Positions 40,747-49,546 of a DNA stretch of 64,000 bases are shown piece after piece; positions within the stretch are counted from its first letter, which is position 1, and the number at the start of each line of letters is the position of its first letter. The DNA is from a virus, in IMG/VR virus record IMGVR_UViG_3300020601_000005. One strand, written 5' to 3'. The translations under genes and the position numbers were made by a program. A model generated the notes under the pieces. It did not search any database, had not been told where the DNA came from, and saw only the letters and a program-made list of their open reading frames with translations.

Positions 40747-42798
40747 ATGGAATCAAATGACATCCTGGCTAAACTACTAGCCAACGAGAACATCAATGTT
40801 GTACGTGGACAGGTAACCACGGCAAGTTTTAACATTGGCACACGCACTCTAGTTCTTCCGCAATGGAAAAACCTGGAGGCAGTGACTGAAGAGATGCTAA
40901 TCTTGCATGAAGTCGGTCATGCTCTATTCACTACCGACGAGTATGCAGAATCTCAAAAAGACCACCCTCGTTCATTTGGCCACTATTTGAACGTTGTAGA
41001 AGACGCACGAATTGAGCGTAAAATGAAAGACCGGTATCCCGGTGCCCGCAAAACCTTTATTGGTGGTTATGCGGACTTGGCAGCACGCGACTTCTTTGAA
41101 ATTGCCGGCCGCGATTTAACTGCATATAATTTTATTGATCGAATTAATCTGTATTTTAAACTTGGCGCAAAATGTGGCGTTAAATTTTCAAAATCTGAAA
41201 TTAATTTCATATATGATATTGAGAAAACGGATAGTATTAAAGATGCAATTGAATTAACTGAACGCCTTTATGCATTCTGCAAGCAAAATGCAGAGGAAGA
41301 AATTGAAACGTCTAAAATTACACAGAATCTGGATGATGAAGATGATTCAGATGAAGACGATTTAGATGATCAATTAGAAGGCAATTACGACTATTCAGAT
41401 GAAGAAGGCGAAGAAGAGGAATCTGAATCAGATATTAACTCTGGCGAAAATGATATCGAAAAGAAATTGCAATCTGAAACGATGCAATCATTAGATTCTA
41501 AATTGCAAGATAGTGCAGATGTTGATACAGAATTCAATTATTATGAACCTGCATTTCATCAAAACGATTTAGATGATGAGCTTATTGTTGAATATAAAAC
41601 CGTATTACGTGAATTAACAGATTCAATAAGCGAAGATTCATTTCAATTTTATTCCAATAAAGCATCTCAATTGCGTCGTGATAATGCTTCTATCATTAAT
41701 AATATGGTAAAAGAATTTGAAATGCGTAAGTCAGCTTCTAATTGGAAGCGTGCTCGCACAGCAAAAACAGGTCAAATTGATACAAAGAAGCTTTATGGTT
41801 ATCAAATTAAAGACGAATTGTTTAAGCAATTAACTGTAATTAAAGATGGCAAAAAACACGGAATGCTTTTCTTGCTGGATTGGTCTGGTTCAATGGGCGA
41901 CTATATGAACGAAACTATTGGCCAGCTAATTAATCTTGCAATGTTTGCTCGCCGAATTAATATTCCATTTCAAGTATTTGCATTTACTTCTGCATATCGG
42001 AGTACTTATTCGCACCTCGATAAGCCTGAATATGACGAATCCAAAAATATTAAAGGCTTAGGCAATGCTTATAATGTGTCATTATTAGAATTGTTTAGTG
42101 ATCGTATGAACGAATCAGAATTTAATAAAATGGTCACATTTTTAATTTCACGCCCCTATTATTACTCACGTAATTATGGTTTAGGTGGCACTCCTTTAAA
42201 TGAAGCATTGTTGTATTTGACTGATTATATTGGAAAATTTATCCAACAACGATCTGTAGAAAAAATGGTATTAATTACATTAACAGATGGAGAAGGTGGC
42301 AGAATTGTTGGAGAACGCAGATTAGATGTGCGTCAATATAATGTTGAATCTAATAAGCATATTAATGTGCGTAATTTTATAAAAGATCCTATTACAGGAA
42401 AACAATATACTATTACTGATGATAGTAATACACAAACTCGCGTATTATTAACAATTATTAAAGATCGATATAATGTTTCAAATATCGGATTTAATTTAGT
42501 CTCTAATCGTCGTCACGAATTATTTCGTTTGTCATACTATATTTTAAATAAGGATATTGATTTACATAAAATGCAATTAGATTTGCGAGCAAATAGATTT
42601 GTCGAAGTTTCAAACGGTGCATATGATCATTATTATGTAATTGATATTAAAGGATTGCGTGTAGAAAATAATATAGATCTGTCTGCAGTTAATAGTGATA
42701 TGTCGGCAGCAAAAGCTTCTAGGGTATTTGCAAAGGCAATTGGAACCAATAAAACATCTCGAGTGGTGCTCAATCAGTTTGTCTCAGAAGTAGCATAA
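40747..42798 (+). CDS. CobT-like protein: HExxH metallopeptidase-like domain, acidic linker, vWA domain
   Basis: LHEVGH, NVVEDARIE, MIDAS LLDWSGS, GGTPLN, LTDGE; partner of the downstream AAA ATPase. Confidence 0.8.
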   Translation: MESNDILAKLLANENINVVRGQVTTASFNIGTRTLVLPQWKNLEAVTEEMLILHEVGHALFTTDEYAESQKDHPRSFGHYLNVVEDARIERKMKDRYPGARKTFIGGYADLAARDFFEIAGRDLTAYNFIDRINLYFKLGAKCGVKFSKSEINFIYDIEKTDSIKDAIELTERLYAFCKQNAEEEIETSKITQNLDDEDDSDEDDLDDQLEGNYDYSDEEGEEEESESDINSGENDIEKKLQSETMQSLDSKLQDSADVDTEFNYYEPAFHQNDLDDELIVEYKTVLRELTDSISEDSFQFYSNKASQLRRDNASIINNMVKEFEMRKSASNWKRARTAKTGQIDTKKLYGYQIKDELFKQLTVIKDGKKHGMLFLLDWSGSMGDYMNETIGQLINLAMFARRINIPFQVFAFTSAYRSTYSHLDKPEYDESKNIKGLGNAYNVSLLELFSDRMNESEFNKMVTFLISRPYYYSRNYGLGGTPLNEALLYLTDYIGKFIQQRSVEKMVLITLTDGEGGRIVGERRLDVRQYNVESNKHINVRNFIKDPITGKQYTITDDSNTQTRVLLTIIKDRYNVSNIGFNLVSNRRHELFRLSYYILNKDIDLHKMQLDLRANRFVEVSNGAYDHYYVIDIKGLRVENNIDLSAVNSDMSAAKASRVFAKAIGTNKTSRVVLNQFVSEVA

Positions 42799-42881
42799 AA
42801 AGTAATACTTTTGACATATGTTCAATAATTGGATGTTTTGGTATAATAAACCATAGACGAACAACGGAGAACGTTATGAAA
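42798..42881 (+). promoter_or_regulatory. Early promoter/RBS cassette copy 1
   Basis: Palindrome AAAAGTAATACTTTT, TGTTCA-17-TATAAT, GGAG; 42837-42881 is 41/45 identical to 43096-43140. Confidence 0.75.
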
Positions 42882-43040
42882 CTAAAAGAAGCCTTCATGG
42901 AATACCTGGAAAATGCCGTAGAAGCAATTGCTTCTGGCGAGGTAGACTCAGACGAGGTTGTACAGGAACTGGTAGACTTGGGGATGCATATCTCCGTTGC
43001 CCGGGACATGGTTTATACAGCAATTGAAAGTAGTACCTAA
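42876..43040 (+). CDS. 54-aa acidic early protein (not in ORF track)
   Basis: MKLKEAFMEYLENAVEAIASGEVDSDEVVQELVDLGMHISVARDMVYTAIESST, with its own promoter and GGAG RBS. Confidence 0.7.
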   Translation: MKLKEAFMEYLENAVEAIASGEVDSDEVVQELVDLGMHISVARDMVYTAIESST

Positions 43041-43077
43041 GTATTATAAAATAGTATACTTTTTTGGTGTACTACTA

Positions 43078-43140
43078 TGTACAAAAAATAGAAGATTTGG
43101 TATAATAAACCATAGACAGACAACGGAGAATATTATGAAA
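43078..43140 (+). promoter_or_regulatory. Early promoter/RBS cassette copy 2
   Basis: TGTACA-17-TATAAT with TGn extension, GGAG RBS. Confidence 0.75.
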
Positions 43141-43230
43141 TTTATGACTGATCTTACACAAGCTACTTTGGTTGCCATCTTGATCGGTGCTCCATTTGCC
43201 TTCTATTTTGCCTTTATGATGCAACCTTAA
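43135..43230 (+). CDS. 31-aa single-pass membrane peptide
   Basis: MKFMTDLTQATLVAILIGAPFAFYFAFMMQP; start fixed by the cassette RBS rather than the tracked 42997 start. Confidence 0.65.
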   Translation: MKFMTDLTQATLVAILIGAPFAFYFAFMMQP

Positions 43231-43245
43231 ACTGAGGATTATATT

Positions 43246-44415
43246 ATGAAACGTGTGACTGACGAATTCAAGCAAGAATTCATTTCGGGCCTAAATGCAA
43301 TGTTCCCTGACGTGGTTACATCAGGGCTCGTATCTAACGCTCAGATTACTGAGTATATGAAAAAGACTAAAGATAAAAAGTGGCCGACGTGGCTCACTCG
43401 TCCCGACGCTCGCGCAAGTCGTGGCGTGTATTTTATTACTGCGCAAAAGAAATCAAATGTTGTGCCTATGAATGTTCCAAAACCCGTGGCAGTAGTGCAA
43501 TCTACTGACACTAAGCCGCTAGTTCCTGTAAAGGATCCAGCATTCGTACCTTTCGGTATTTACAAAGATGTTGAAACTATCGTCAAGTCTCGACAGTTTT
43601 ATCCTGTGTATATCTATGGACCTACTGGTAACGGTAAGTCTACTGCAGTAGAACAGGCTTGCGCAAAGCTCAAGACTCCGATGATTCGTGTTAACTTAAA
43701 CATGATGACAGACGAAGATCAATTGATCGGCACTAAGACTCTTGTAGATGGTAACATCGAAATTGTCGAAGGTCCAGTATTGATTGCGATGCGCGCAGGT
43801 ATTCCGCTATTGCTCGATGAACTTGATGCGGGTTCTGCAAATACTTTGCTGTGTTTGCAGCCAATCCTTGAAGGTAAACCGTACTTTTTCAAGTTGAAGA
43901 ATGAATTGATTATTCCTGCAGAAGGTTTCAACGTCTTTGCTACTGGTAATACCAAAGGCAAAGGTTCAGATGATGGCCGTTATATCGGTACAAACATTCT
44001 CAACGAAGCTTTCTTGGAACGCTTTGCGATTACTCTAACTCAAGATTATCCTTCAACTGGTGTTGAACGGAAAATCGTAGAAAATATCATGGGTCAATAT
44101 GACTGTTACGATGAAGACTTTGCAACATCCCTTGTAAAATGGGCTGATGCAATCCGTCGAACCTTCAATGATGGAGGTATCGATGAAAGTGTTACAACTC
44201 GCCGACTGATTCACATTGTACGCGCCTTTAGTATCTTTAAAAACAAGACTAAGGCAATTGAGTTGTGTACCAATCGATTTGATGAAGTAACACGACAGGC
44301 TTTCATTAACCTCTTTGAAAAGGTGAGTACTGATCCGGATTCTGATCTACTTGCTTCTAATGAAAGCGCAACTGTTATTATTAATGATGGAATTGATGAT
44401 GGAGATACACTATGA
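43246..44415 (+). CDS. CobS/MoxR-like AAA+ ATPase
   Basis: GPTGNGKS, LLLDELD, ATGNTKGKGSDDGRYIGTN.LNEAFLERF. Confidence 0.9.
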   Translation: MKRVTDEFKQEFISGLNAMFPDVVTSGLVSNAQITEYMKKTKDKKWPTWLTRPDARASRGVYFITAQKKSNVVPMNVPKPVAVVQSTDTKPLVPVKDPAFVPFGIYKDVETIVKSRQFYPVYIYGPTGNGKSTAVEQACAKLKTPMIRVNLNMMTDEDQLIGTKTLVDGNIEIVEGPVLIAMRAGIPLLLDELDAGSANTLLCLQPILEGKPYFFKLKNELIIPAEGFNVFATGNTKGKGSDDGRYIGTNILNEAFLERFAITLTQDYPSTGVERKIVENIMGQYDCYDEDFATSLVKWADAIRRTFNDGGIDESVTTRRLIHIVRAFSIFKNKTKAIELCTNRFDEVTRQAFINLFEKVSTDPDSDLLASNESATVIINDGIDDGDTL

Positions 44416-44759
44416 AATATAAAGACATGACATTCACCTACTCTACACTGACACGTATCCAACGTAAAGCTGTAGATGCATTTATTGCCCTAGATCCTTC
44501 TTTAGCAACTGCTAATAGTATTTCGCGCCAACGTTTGGAGGAATTGTTTCTACAAGCTCGTAAAACTGATCCTAAGCTTGGTTATCCTGCATTCGTGACC
44601 CGATGTGAACGAGTCGCCCGCGGAGTCTATCAATGGCCGAGTCCAGGTGCAGTTGTGAATCTTTCTGCGATTAAATCTCCTGAGGTTGCTAAGACGGTAG
44701 AACAGACTGAATTTGAAGAAACGTTTGCCAAAGAAATGGCAGATTGTGGTATAATTTAA
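44412..44759 (+). CDS. Hypothetical protein
   Basis: ATGA-coupled; YPAFVT....ARGVY resembles WPTWLT....SRGVY in the N-terminal domain of the upstream ATPase. Confidence 0.6.
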   Translation: MKYKDMTFTYSTLTRIQRKAVDAFIALDPSLATANSISRQRLEELFLQARKTDPKLGYPAFVTRCERVARGVYQWPSPGAVVNLSAIKSPEVAKTVEQTEFEETFAKEMADCGII

Positions 44760-44772
44760 ACATGGATTTCTT

Positions 44773-44810
44773 GCTGGGTGGTTTTGACCATCGGCCACTC
44801 AGCTTTTTTT
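44773..44810 (+). terminator. Intrinsic terminator
   Basis: GCTGGGTGG...CCACTCAGC followed by a T run. Confidence 0.75.
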
Positions 44811-44839
44811 ATTAGATGGTATTTTAAAATGGAGTTTTT

Positions 44840-45085
44840 ATGACTAAAATTGAACGCTTGAATGCTTACTTGTCAACCGGTGCCACTGTTACTGCTAAAC
44901 AGATTGGTAGCATGTTCGGTATCGCAAATCCTACTGCCGCAGTTCATGCCTTGCGCAGTCAAGGTGTTTGTGTTTATGGCAACAAAGTTACACTACATGA
45001 TGGTACTCCCTCCACAAAATACCGTGTTGGTGCTCCAAGCAAGAAAATGATCCAAGCTGCACACTCAGTTGGCGCATTCAACTAA
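44840..45085 (+). CDS. Small winged-HTH DNA-binding protein
   Basis: VTAKQIGSMFGIANPTAAVHALRSQG...KYRVG; GGAG RBS. Confidence 0.65.
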   Translation: MTKIERLNAYLSTGATVTAKQIGSMFGIANPTAAVHALRSQGVCVYGNKVTLHDGTPSTKYRVGAPSKKMIQAAHSVGAFN

Positions 45086-45091
45086 GCTTAG

Positions 45092-45140
45092 TGTATTTTA
45101 AATATAGGCTGATGTATAATATCATATGTCAGCCTATATT
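45092..45140 (+). promoter_or_regulatory. Promoter TGTATT-17-TATAAT embedded in a 12-bp inverted repeat
   Basis: AATATAGGCTGA / TCAGCCTATATT arms flank the -10 box. Confidence 0.6.
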
Positions 45141-45159
45141 AGTTTGGAGAAGTTATATA

Positions 45160-45489
45160 ATGAAAAAAAGAATTTTGACGAAGAGCAATGATGTTCCAAC
45201 AGGTATGAAGTTCGATAACGATAAACTTCGTTACGATCTGATTCCTCCTCTTGCTCAAGCTGAAATGGTGAAAGTGCTCACATTTGGAGCAGCAAAATAT
45301 AAACCAAACAATTGGCAACATGTAGATGAAGCACTAGATCGTTATTTTGCAGCATTCGAACGACACGTGTGGGCGTGGAAGATGGGTGAAACCACTGATC
45401 CTGAATCTGGTATCCATCACTTGGCGCATGCCGCATGTTGTTTAGCTTTCCTATACGAGCATGACGTCAAATATTCTAAAAAGGATTAA
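45160..45489 (+). CDS. DUF5664-like dATP/dGTP diphosphohydrolase domain protein
   Basis: GMKFD.DKLRYDLIPP, VLTFGAAKY..NNW, DPESGIHHLAHAACCL.FL. Confidence 0.8.
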   Translation: MKKRILTKSNDVPTGMKFDNDKLRYDLIPPLAQAEMVKVLTFGAAKYKPNNWQHVDEALDRYFAAFERHVWAWKMGETTDPESGIHHLAHAACCLAFLYEHDVKYSKKD

Positions 45490-45491
45490 TT

Positions 45492-46151
45492 ATGAAATTA
45501 AGTAAAGACACACTAACACTAATCAAAAACTTTGCTTCTATCAACGGATCATTGATGCTGAAAGAAGGCAATAAGCTTTCTACTATCTCAGAAGCAAAAA
45601 ACGTCATGGCTAATGGTAGTATTACCGAAACATTCCCACAAGACTTTGGCATCTATGATGTCAATGAATTCTTGGGCGTTATTAGTTTGTTTGATGATAC
45701 ACATCTTGATTTTAAAGACAAGTATGTAACCATTAGTGACGGTGGCACGTCAAAGATTAAATACTTTGCGGCAGGTGAAGGCGTTGTGCGTTCTGCTCCA
45801 GCTCAAATCAAGTTTCCAGAGGCCGATGTTTCATTCGATCTTTCGCAAGAACAGATTGCAATGATTCTTCGTACTGCATCAGTACTTAAAGCTAGTGATG
45901 TTGCAATCAAGGGTGAAGATGGTGAGTTGAAAGTTCAAGTTAGCGATAAGAAGAATGATACATCTAATGCTTATGAAGTTACAATCGGTTCTACTGATAA
46001 AGAGTTTACCGCAAACTTGAAAGTAGAGAACCTTAAAATGCTAACAGGAAATTACACCGTTGAGGTTTCTTCTAAGAAGATTTCCAAGTTCACTAATAAA
46101 GATATTGATCTCACATATTTTGTTGCTATTGAAGCCGACAGTAAATTCTAA
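45492..46151 (+). CDS. gp45: Sliding clamp gp45
   Basis: MKLSKDTL.LIKNFASIN, FGIYD.NEFL, YFVAIE. Confidence 0.95.
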   Translation: MKLSKDTLTLIKNFASINGSLMLKEGNKLSTISEAKNVMANGSITETFPQDFGIYDVNEFLGVISLFDDTHLDFKDKYVTISDGGTSKIKYFAAGEGVVRSAPAQIKFPEADVSFDLSQEQIAMILRTASVLKASDVAIKGEDGELKVQVSDKKNDTSNAYEVTIGSTDKEFTANLKVENLKMLTGNYTVEVSSKKISKFTNKDIDLTYFVAIEADSKF

Positions 46152-46187
46152 TTTATTGTATAATATATTTTTGTTATGGAGTTTAAT

Positions 46188-47126
46188 ATGAGTGAGCAGT
46201 ATTTATGGGTCGAGAAGTACCGTCCACAGAAAATTGATGAGTGTATTCTGCCCGAATCATTGAAAAAGACATTTAAGGAGTTCATCAATTCTGGTGAACT
46301 TCCTAACTTTTTGTTTTCCGGTACTGCTGGTACTGGTAAAACCACGGTTGCTAAAGCACTGTGCAATGAGGTTGGTGCAGAGTATCTATTCATCAACGGT
46401 TCAGAAGAATCAGGTATCGATGTTCTTCGAAACAAGATCAAGTCATTTGCATCGTCAGTATCGCTAACTAATGCCAAGAAAGTAGTTATCCTCGATGAGG
46501 CTGATTATTTGAATCCTAACTCCACTCAACCTGCATTGCGTGGTTTTATCGAGGAGTTTAGTAACAATTGTCGTTTCATTCTTACATGTAACTTCAAGGC
46601 ACGAATCATTGAACCACTTCACTCTCGTTGTGCTGTAATCGATTTTAAAATCGAGAACAAAGATAAGGCCAAGATCGCAGCAGGTTTTTACCGTCGAGTT
46701 GTCGACATCCTCTCAACCGAGAAGGTCGAATCAGATGGCAAAGTTGTTGCTGAAGTAATCACAAAATACTTTCCAGATTATCGTCGCATCTTAAATGAGT
46801 TGCAACGATATTCTGTTTCCGGTAAAATTGATTCAGGCATCTTAGTAAACTTGGGTGAAGAGTCATACAAAGAACTGTTCAAAAACCTGTCCGATAAGAA
46901 CTTTACCGAGGTTCGTAAGTGGATTGGCAAGAACAGTGATACTGATTCAACAGAGTTATTCCGTACACTCTATGACAGTGCAAAAAATTCAGTTGAGCCT
47001 TCTTCAATTCCTCAATTGGTTTTGATCCTTGCTGATTACCAGTATAAAGCAGCTTTTGTTGCTGATCAGGAAATCAACAATATGGCAGCACTAACTGAAA
47101 TTATGGCTCAGGTGAAATTTAAATGA
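46188..47126 (+). CDS. gp44: Clamp loader large subunit gp44
   Basis: LWVEKYRP, GTAGTGKTT, ILDEAD, PLHSRC; GGAG precedes the ATG at 46188. Confidence 0.96.
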   Translation: MSEQYLWVEKYRPQKIDECILPESLKKTFKEFINSGELPNFLFSGTAGTGKTTVAKALCNEVGAEYLFINGSEESGIDVLRNKIKSFASSVSLTNAKKVVILDEADYLNPNSTQPALRGFIEEFSNNCRFILTCNFKARIIEPLHSRCAVIDFKIENKDKAKIAAGFYRRVVDILSTEKVESDGKVVAEVITKYFPDYRRILNELQRYSVSGKIDSGILVNLGEESYKELFKNLSDKNFTEVRKWIGKNSDTDSTELFRTLYDSAKNSVEPSSIPQLVLILADYQYKAAFVADQEINNMAALTEIMAQVKFK

Positions 47127-47470
47127 CTGACTTAATACTGTTAACTATAATCTGTATTTTTGTTGCATTCTTTATCGGCATGCGTTATGAACGTGCACGT
47201 ATCCTCCAAATTATCGAATCTAATTTGGAGGATGCTGAAGACGAAAATGAAGTGGCAGACCAAGTTCCTGAAGGTTATATGCGAATGCGTATCGAACTTC
47301 ATGACGATATTATGTTTGCATATGGCGAAGATGGAATGTATCTTGCGCATAACAGTGATCCAGATCAGTTACTCATTAATTTGACAGAGCGTTTTAAAGA
47401 CACAAAGTTTATTGCAGATCCGGAAAGTATTGATATTATGTTAAAGAGATCTAACTATGACACCGTTTGA
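47123..47470 (+). CDS. Hypothetical protein with N-terminal transmembrane helix
   Basis: LILLTIICIFVAFFIG followed by an acidic soluble domain; overlaps both neighbours. Confidence 0.6.
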   Translation: MTDLILLTIICIFVAFFIGMRYERARILQIIESNLEDAEDENEVADQVPEGYMRMRIELHDDIMFAYGEDGMYLAHNSDPDQLLINLTERFKDTKFIADPESIDIMLKRSNYDTV

Positions 47471-47837
47471 TTTTCTTAATAGTATTAATGATACCAAAGT
47501 CAATCTGATTGACAAGGATCCTCAGAACAAGAAAGACTACTCAGCTTTCATGGTTAACCGTGGAATGAGTTATTTCCCAGATACCATCTTGTATGCAAAT
47601 GAGATGAATGTCAACAGGGATATTCCGGTCGAATGGCAGTATGACTTCTTTCTTGCCGCCATTCCTAAACGTAAACGATTCTCTAAATGGGCTAAGAAAG
47701 ACAAGACTCCGGATACGATTAAACTTATTATGAAAGAGTATAATTATTCAGAGGCTAAAGCTTTAGATGTTATAAATATATTGACTGACGAACAGCTAAA
47801 GGCTATAGTCAACAAGTATTCTACTGGCGGTAGATAA
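47457..47837 (+). CDS. gp62: Clamp loader small subunit gp62
   Basis: PFDFLNSIN, FMVNRGMSYFPDTILYANEMN, KRKRFSKWAK. Confidence 0.92.
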   Translation: MTPFDFLNSINDTKVNLIDKDPQNKKDYSAFMVNRGMSYFPDTILYANEMNVNRDIPVEWQYDFFLAAIPKRKRFSKWAKKDKTPDTIKLIMKEYNYSEAKALDVINILTDEQLKAIVNKYSTGGR

Positions 47838-47890
47838 TATCATTCGGCTTTTATTATTGCTGATAATTATAACAAGAAAGTGAACGTATC

Positions 47891-48316
47891 ATGGAGTTGA
47901 TCTATTATGACTGGGCACCCCAGCTTATGCTCGAGGTAACATTACCTGAGCCGGACAATTTTTTAAAGGTGAAAGAAACCCTCACCCGTATCGGTGTGGC
48001 TTCAAAGAAAGACAAGACGCTTTATCAGTCATGTCATATTCTTCATAAGCAGGGTAAGTATTTCATTGTGCATTTTAAAGAGCTATTTGCTCTAGATGGT
48101 AAGGAAGCTAATATCACACTAAACGATATTGGTAGACGTAATACTATCGCAAAGCTTTTGGAAGATTGGGATCTTCTGAAAATTGTTTCTTCTGACCTAC
48201 AAGAAGAGCAAGCAACGTTGTCACAGATAAAAATTGTTTCATTCAATGATAAGAAAGAGTGGAATCTAGTGGCGAAATATAATATTGGCAAAAAGCCTAC
48301 AAAAGGAGTGAACTAA
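47891..48316 (+). CDS. regA: Translational repressor RegA
   Basis: FLKVKETLTRIGVAS, LYQSCHILHKQGKYFIVHFKELF. Confidence 0.96.
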   Translation: MELIYYDWAPQLMLEVTLPEPDNFLKVKETLTRIGVASKKDKTLYQSCHILHKQGKYFIVHFKELFALDGKEANITLNDIGRRNTIAKLLEDWDLLKIVSSDLQEEQATLSQIKIVSFNDKKEWNLVAKYNIGKKPTKGVN

Positions 48317-48319
48317 ATC

Positions 48320-48520
48320 ATGTTTGAATTCAAACTTTCTCTAACCGAAACTAACTTGGTACTTGCCGCACTTGGTAAGCAGTCTTTTGACCAGGTTGCT
48401 GCCCTGATTGGTAACATTCGTGGTCAAGCAGAACCTCAGCTTCCACGCGTACAGCAAGAGATGGAAGCGGCTAAAGCTGCTGCAGAAAAAGCTGATGCCG
48501 AGGGCAAAGAAGCCGCATAA
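48320..48520 (+). CDS. Small hypothetical protein
   Basis: AGGAG RBS; helical amphipathic sequence. Confidence 0.6.
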   Translation: MFEFKLSLTETNLVLAALGKQSFDQVAALIGNIRGQAEPQLPRVQQEMEAAKAAAEKADAEGKEAA

Positions 48521-48524
48521 TTTA

Positions 48525-48532
48525 TATAAATA
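48525..48532 (+). promoter_or_regulatory. Late promoter TATAAATA upstream of the hsp20 leader
   Basis: Exact consensus. Confidence 0.7.
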
Positions 48533-48538
48533 GATTAT

Positions 48539-48711
48539 ATCCCACTACCTTGGGATCGTTTGATGCTACGATAAAAGGCGTCCGATCTTGTTCGTATAAA
48601 CAACGTGTAATTACACTGACAGCACGAAAGTCTGTCCCTGTATAAAGTAAGCAGGACTACTATGCCTTCGGGGTAGTAATTTCATTTAACTCGCTTAATA
48701 AGGAGAAAACT
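48539..48711 (+). ncRNA. Structured 5' leader of hsp20 with a ROSE-like SD-sequestering hairpin
   Basis: Back-to-back hairpins with GAAA and cUUCGg loops, a possible H-type pseudoknot at 48555-48582, and CUCGCUU-AAU-AAGGAG at 48690-48705. Confidence 0.65.
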
Positions 48712-49179
48712 ATGACACGATTCACTGGAATCAATTCAGATCCATTTAAAGATTTTGATAAACTATGGGTTGGTTTCGATGACCAATTTGGTAGGATGTC
48801 AAAACTTCATAATGATCTATCAAAAACTTCCCAAAACTATCCACCATACAATATCAAGAAAACGTCTGAAACTACTTACGTAGTTGAGATTGCTGTGGCC
48901 GGATTCCGACAAGAAGATATCAGTATTGAAACTGCTGATGGAACCTTGACTGTAACGGGAAATGTGGGCGATAAACAAGAAGAGACTTTCCTTTTCAAAG
49001 GAATTTCTAATCGAGCTTTCACTCGTTCATTTGTTCTAGCCGAACATATTGAAGTAAAAGATGCTGAGATGCTTAATGGTATGCTTAGTATTTCACTTGA
49101 GTATATTGTGCCTGATCACAAAAAACCAAGGAAGATTGAAATTAAAACCTCAGATCAACCACAGTTGTTGACTGAATAA
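48712..49179 (+). CDS. hsp20: Small heat-shock protein Hsp20 (IbpA-like)
   Basis: NYPPYNI, EIAVAGF, KGISNRAFTRSF.LAE, A.MLNGML.I, KPRKIEI. Confidence 0.95.
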   Translation: MTRFTGINSDPFKDFDKLWVGFDDQFGRMSKLHNDLSKTSQNYPPYNIKKTSETTYVVEIAVAGFRQEDISIETADGTLTVTGNVGDKQEETFLFKGISNRAFTRSFVLAEHIEVKDAEMLNGMLSISLEYIVPDHKKPRKIEIKTSDQPQLLTE

Positions 49180-49193
49180 ACCATGGAGTTGTT

Positions 49194-49484
49194 ATGACTA
49201 TTAAATGTTTGAAATTGATCACCGGTGAAACAATCATCGGTGAAGTAGAAGAATCTAGTGACATTGTTTCTGTCGAAACACCTGCAGCAATCATATTGCA
49301 ACAGACCGAGGATGGTAGAGTAAGTGCTAGTTTTGCTGCCTTTACTCCATATGCAAAGTTTGTCAAATTTAAAACGTCGGCAATTATTGCTGAAGTTATG
49401 ATTGATGACCGTATGGCAGATGAATATCGTAGAATCTTCGGATCTGGATTAGTTGTAGCAACGGCAAATCAACTTCCAAAGTAA
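49194..49484 (+). CDS. Conserved hypothetical protein (Sm-like)
   Basis: CLKLITGETIIGEV...EY..IFGSGLV; usual position between hsp20 and gp43. Confidence 0.65.
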   Translation: MTIKCLKLITGETIIGEVEESSDIVSVETPAAIILQQTEDGRVSASFAAFTPYAKFVKFKTSAIIAEVMIDDRMADEYRRIFGSGLVVATANQLPK

Positions 49485-49485
49485 T

Positions 49486-49535
49486 TTTACTTTAATTCAC
49501 GGACAGGATATAATATATGTATCCTGTCCGTTTTA
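49486..49535 (+). promoter_or_regulatory. gp43 promoter TTTACT-17-TATAAT embedded in a terminator-like hairpin
   Basis: ACGGACAGGATA / TATCCTGTCCGT arms followed by TTT. Confidence 0.65.
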
Positions 49536-49546
49536 GTTTGTGAGAT

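Noticed and set aside
40747-44415. Cobalamin biosynthesis auxiliary genes (cobS/cobT)
   Set aside because: Phage CobS-like/vWA pairs are MoxR-type chaperone modules common in T4-like phages; no cobN or other cob genes are present.
45160-45489. 2-aminoadenine (Z) or 7-deazaguanine genome suggested by DUF5664
   Set aside because: No purZ, datZ, dpdA or que/fol genes in the window; the domain alone is not diagnostic.
48539-48711. tRNA or a named ribozyme in the hsp20 leader
   Set aside because: No cloverleaf, T-loop or recognisable ribozyme core by eye; no tRNA genes were noticed anywhere in the window, though no scan was run.
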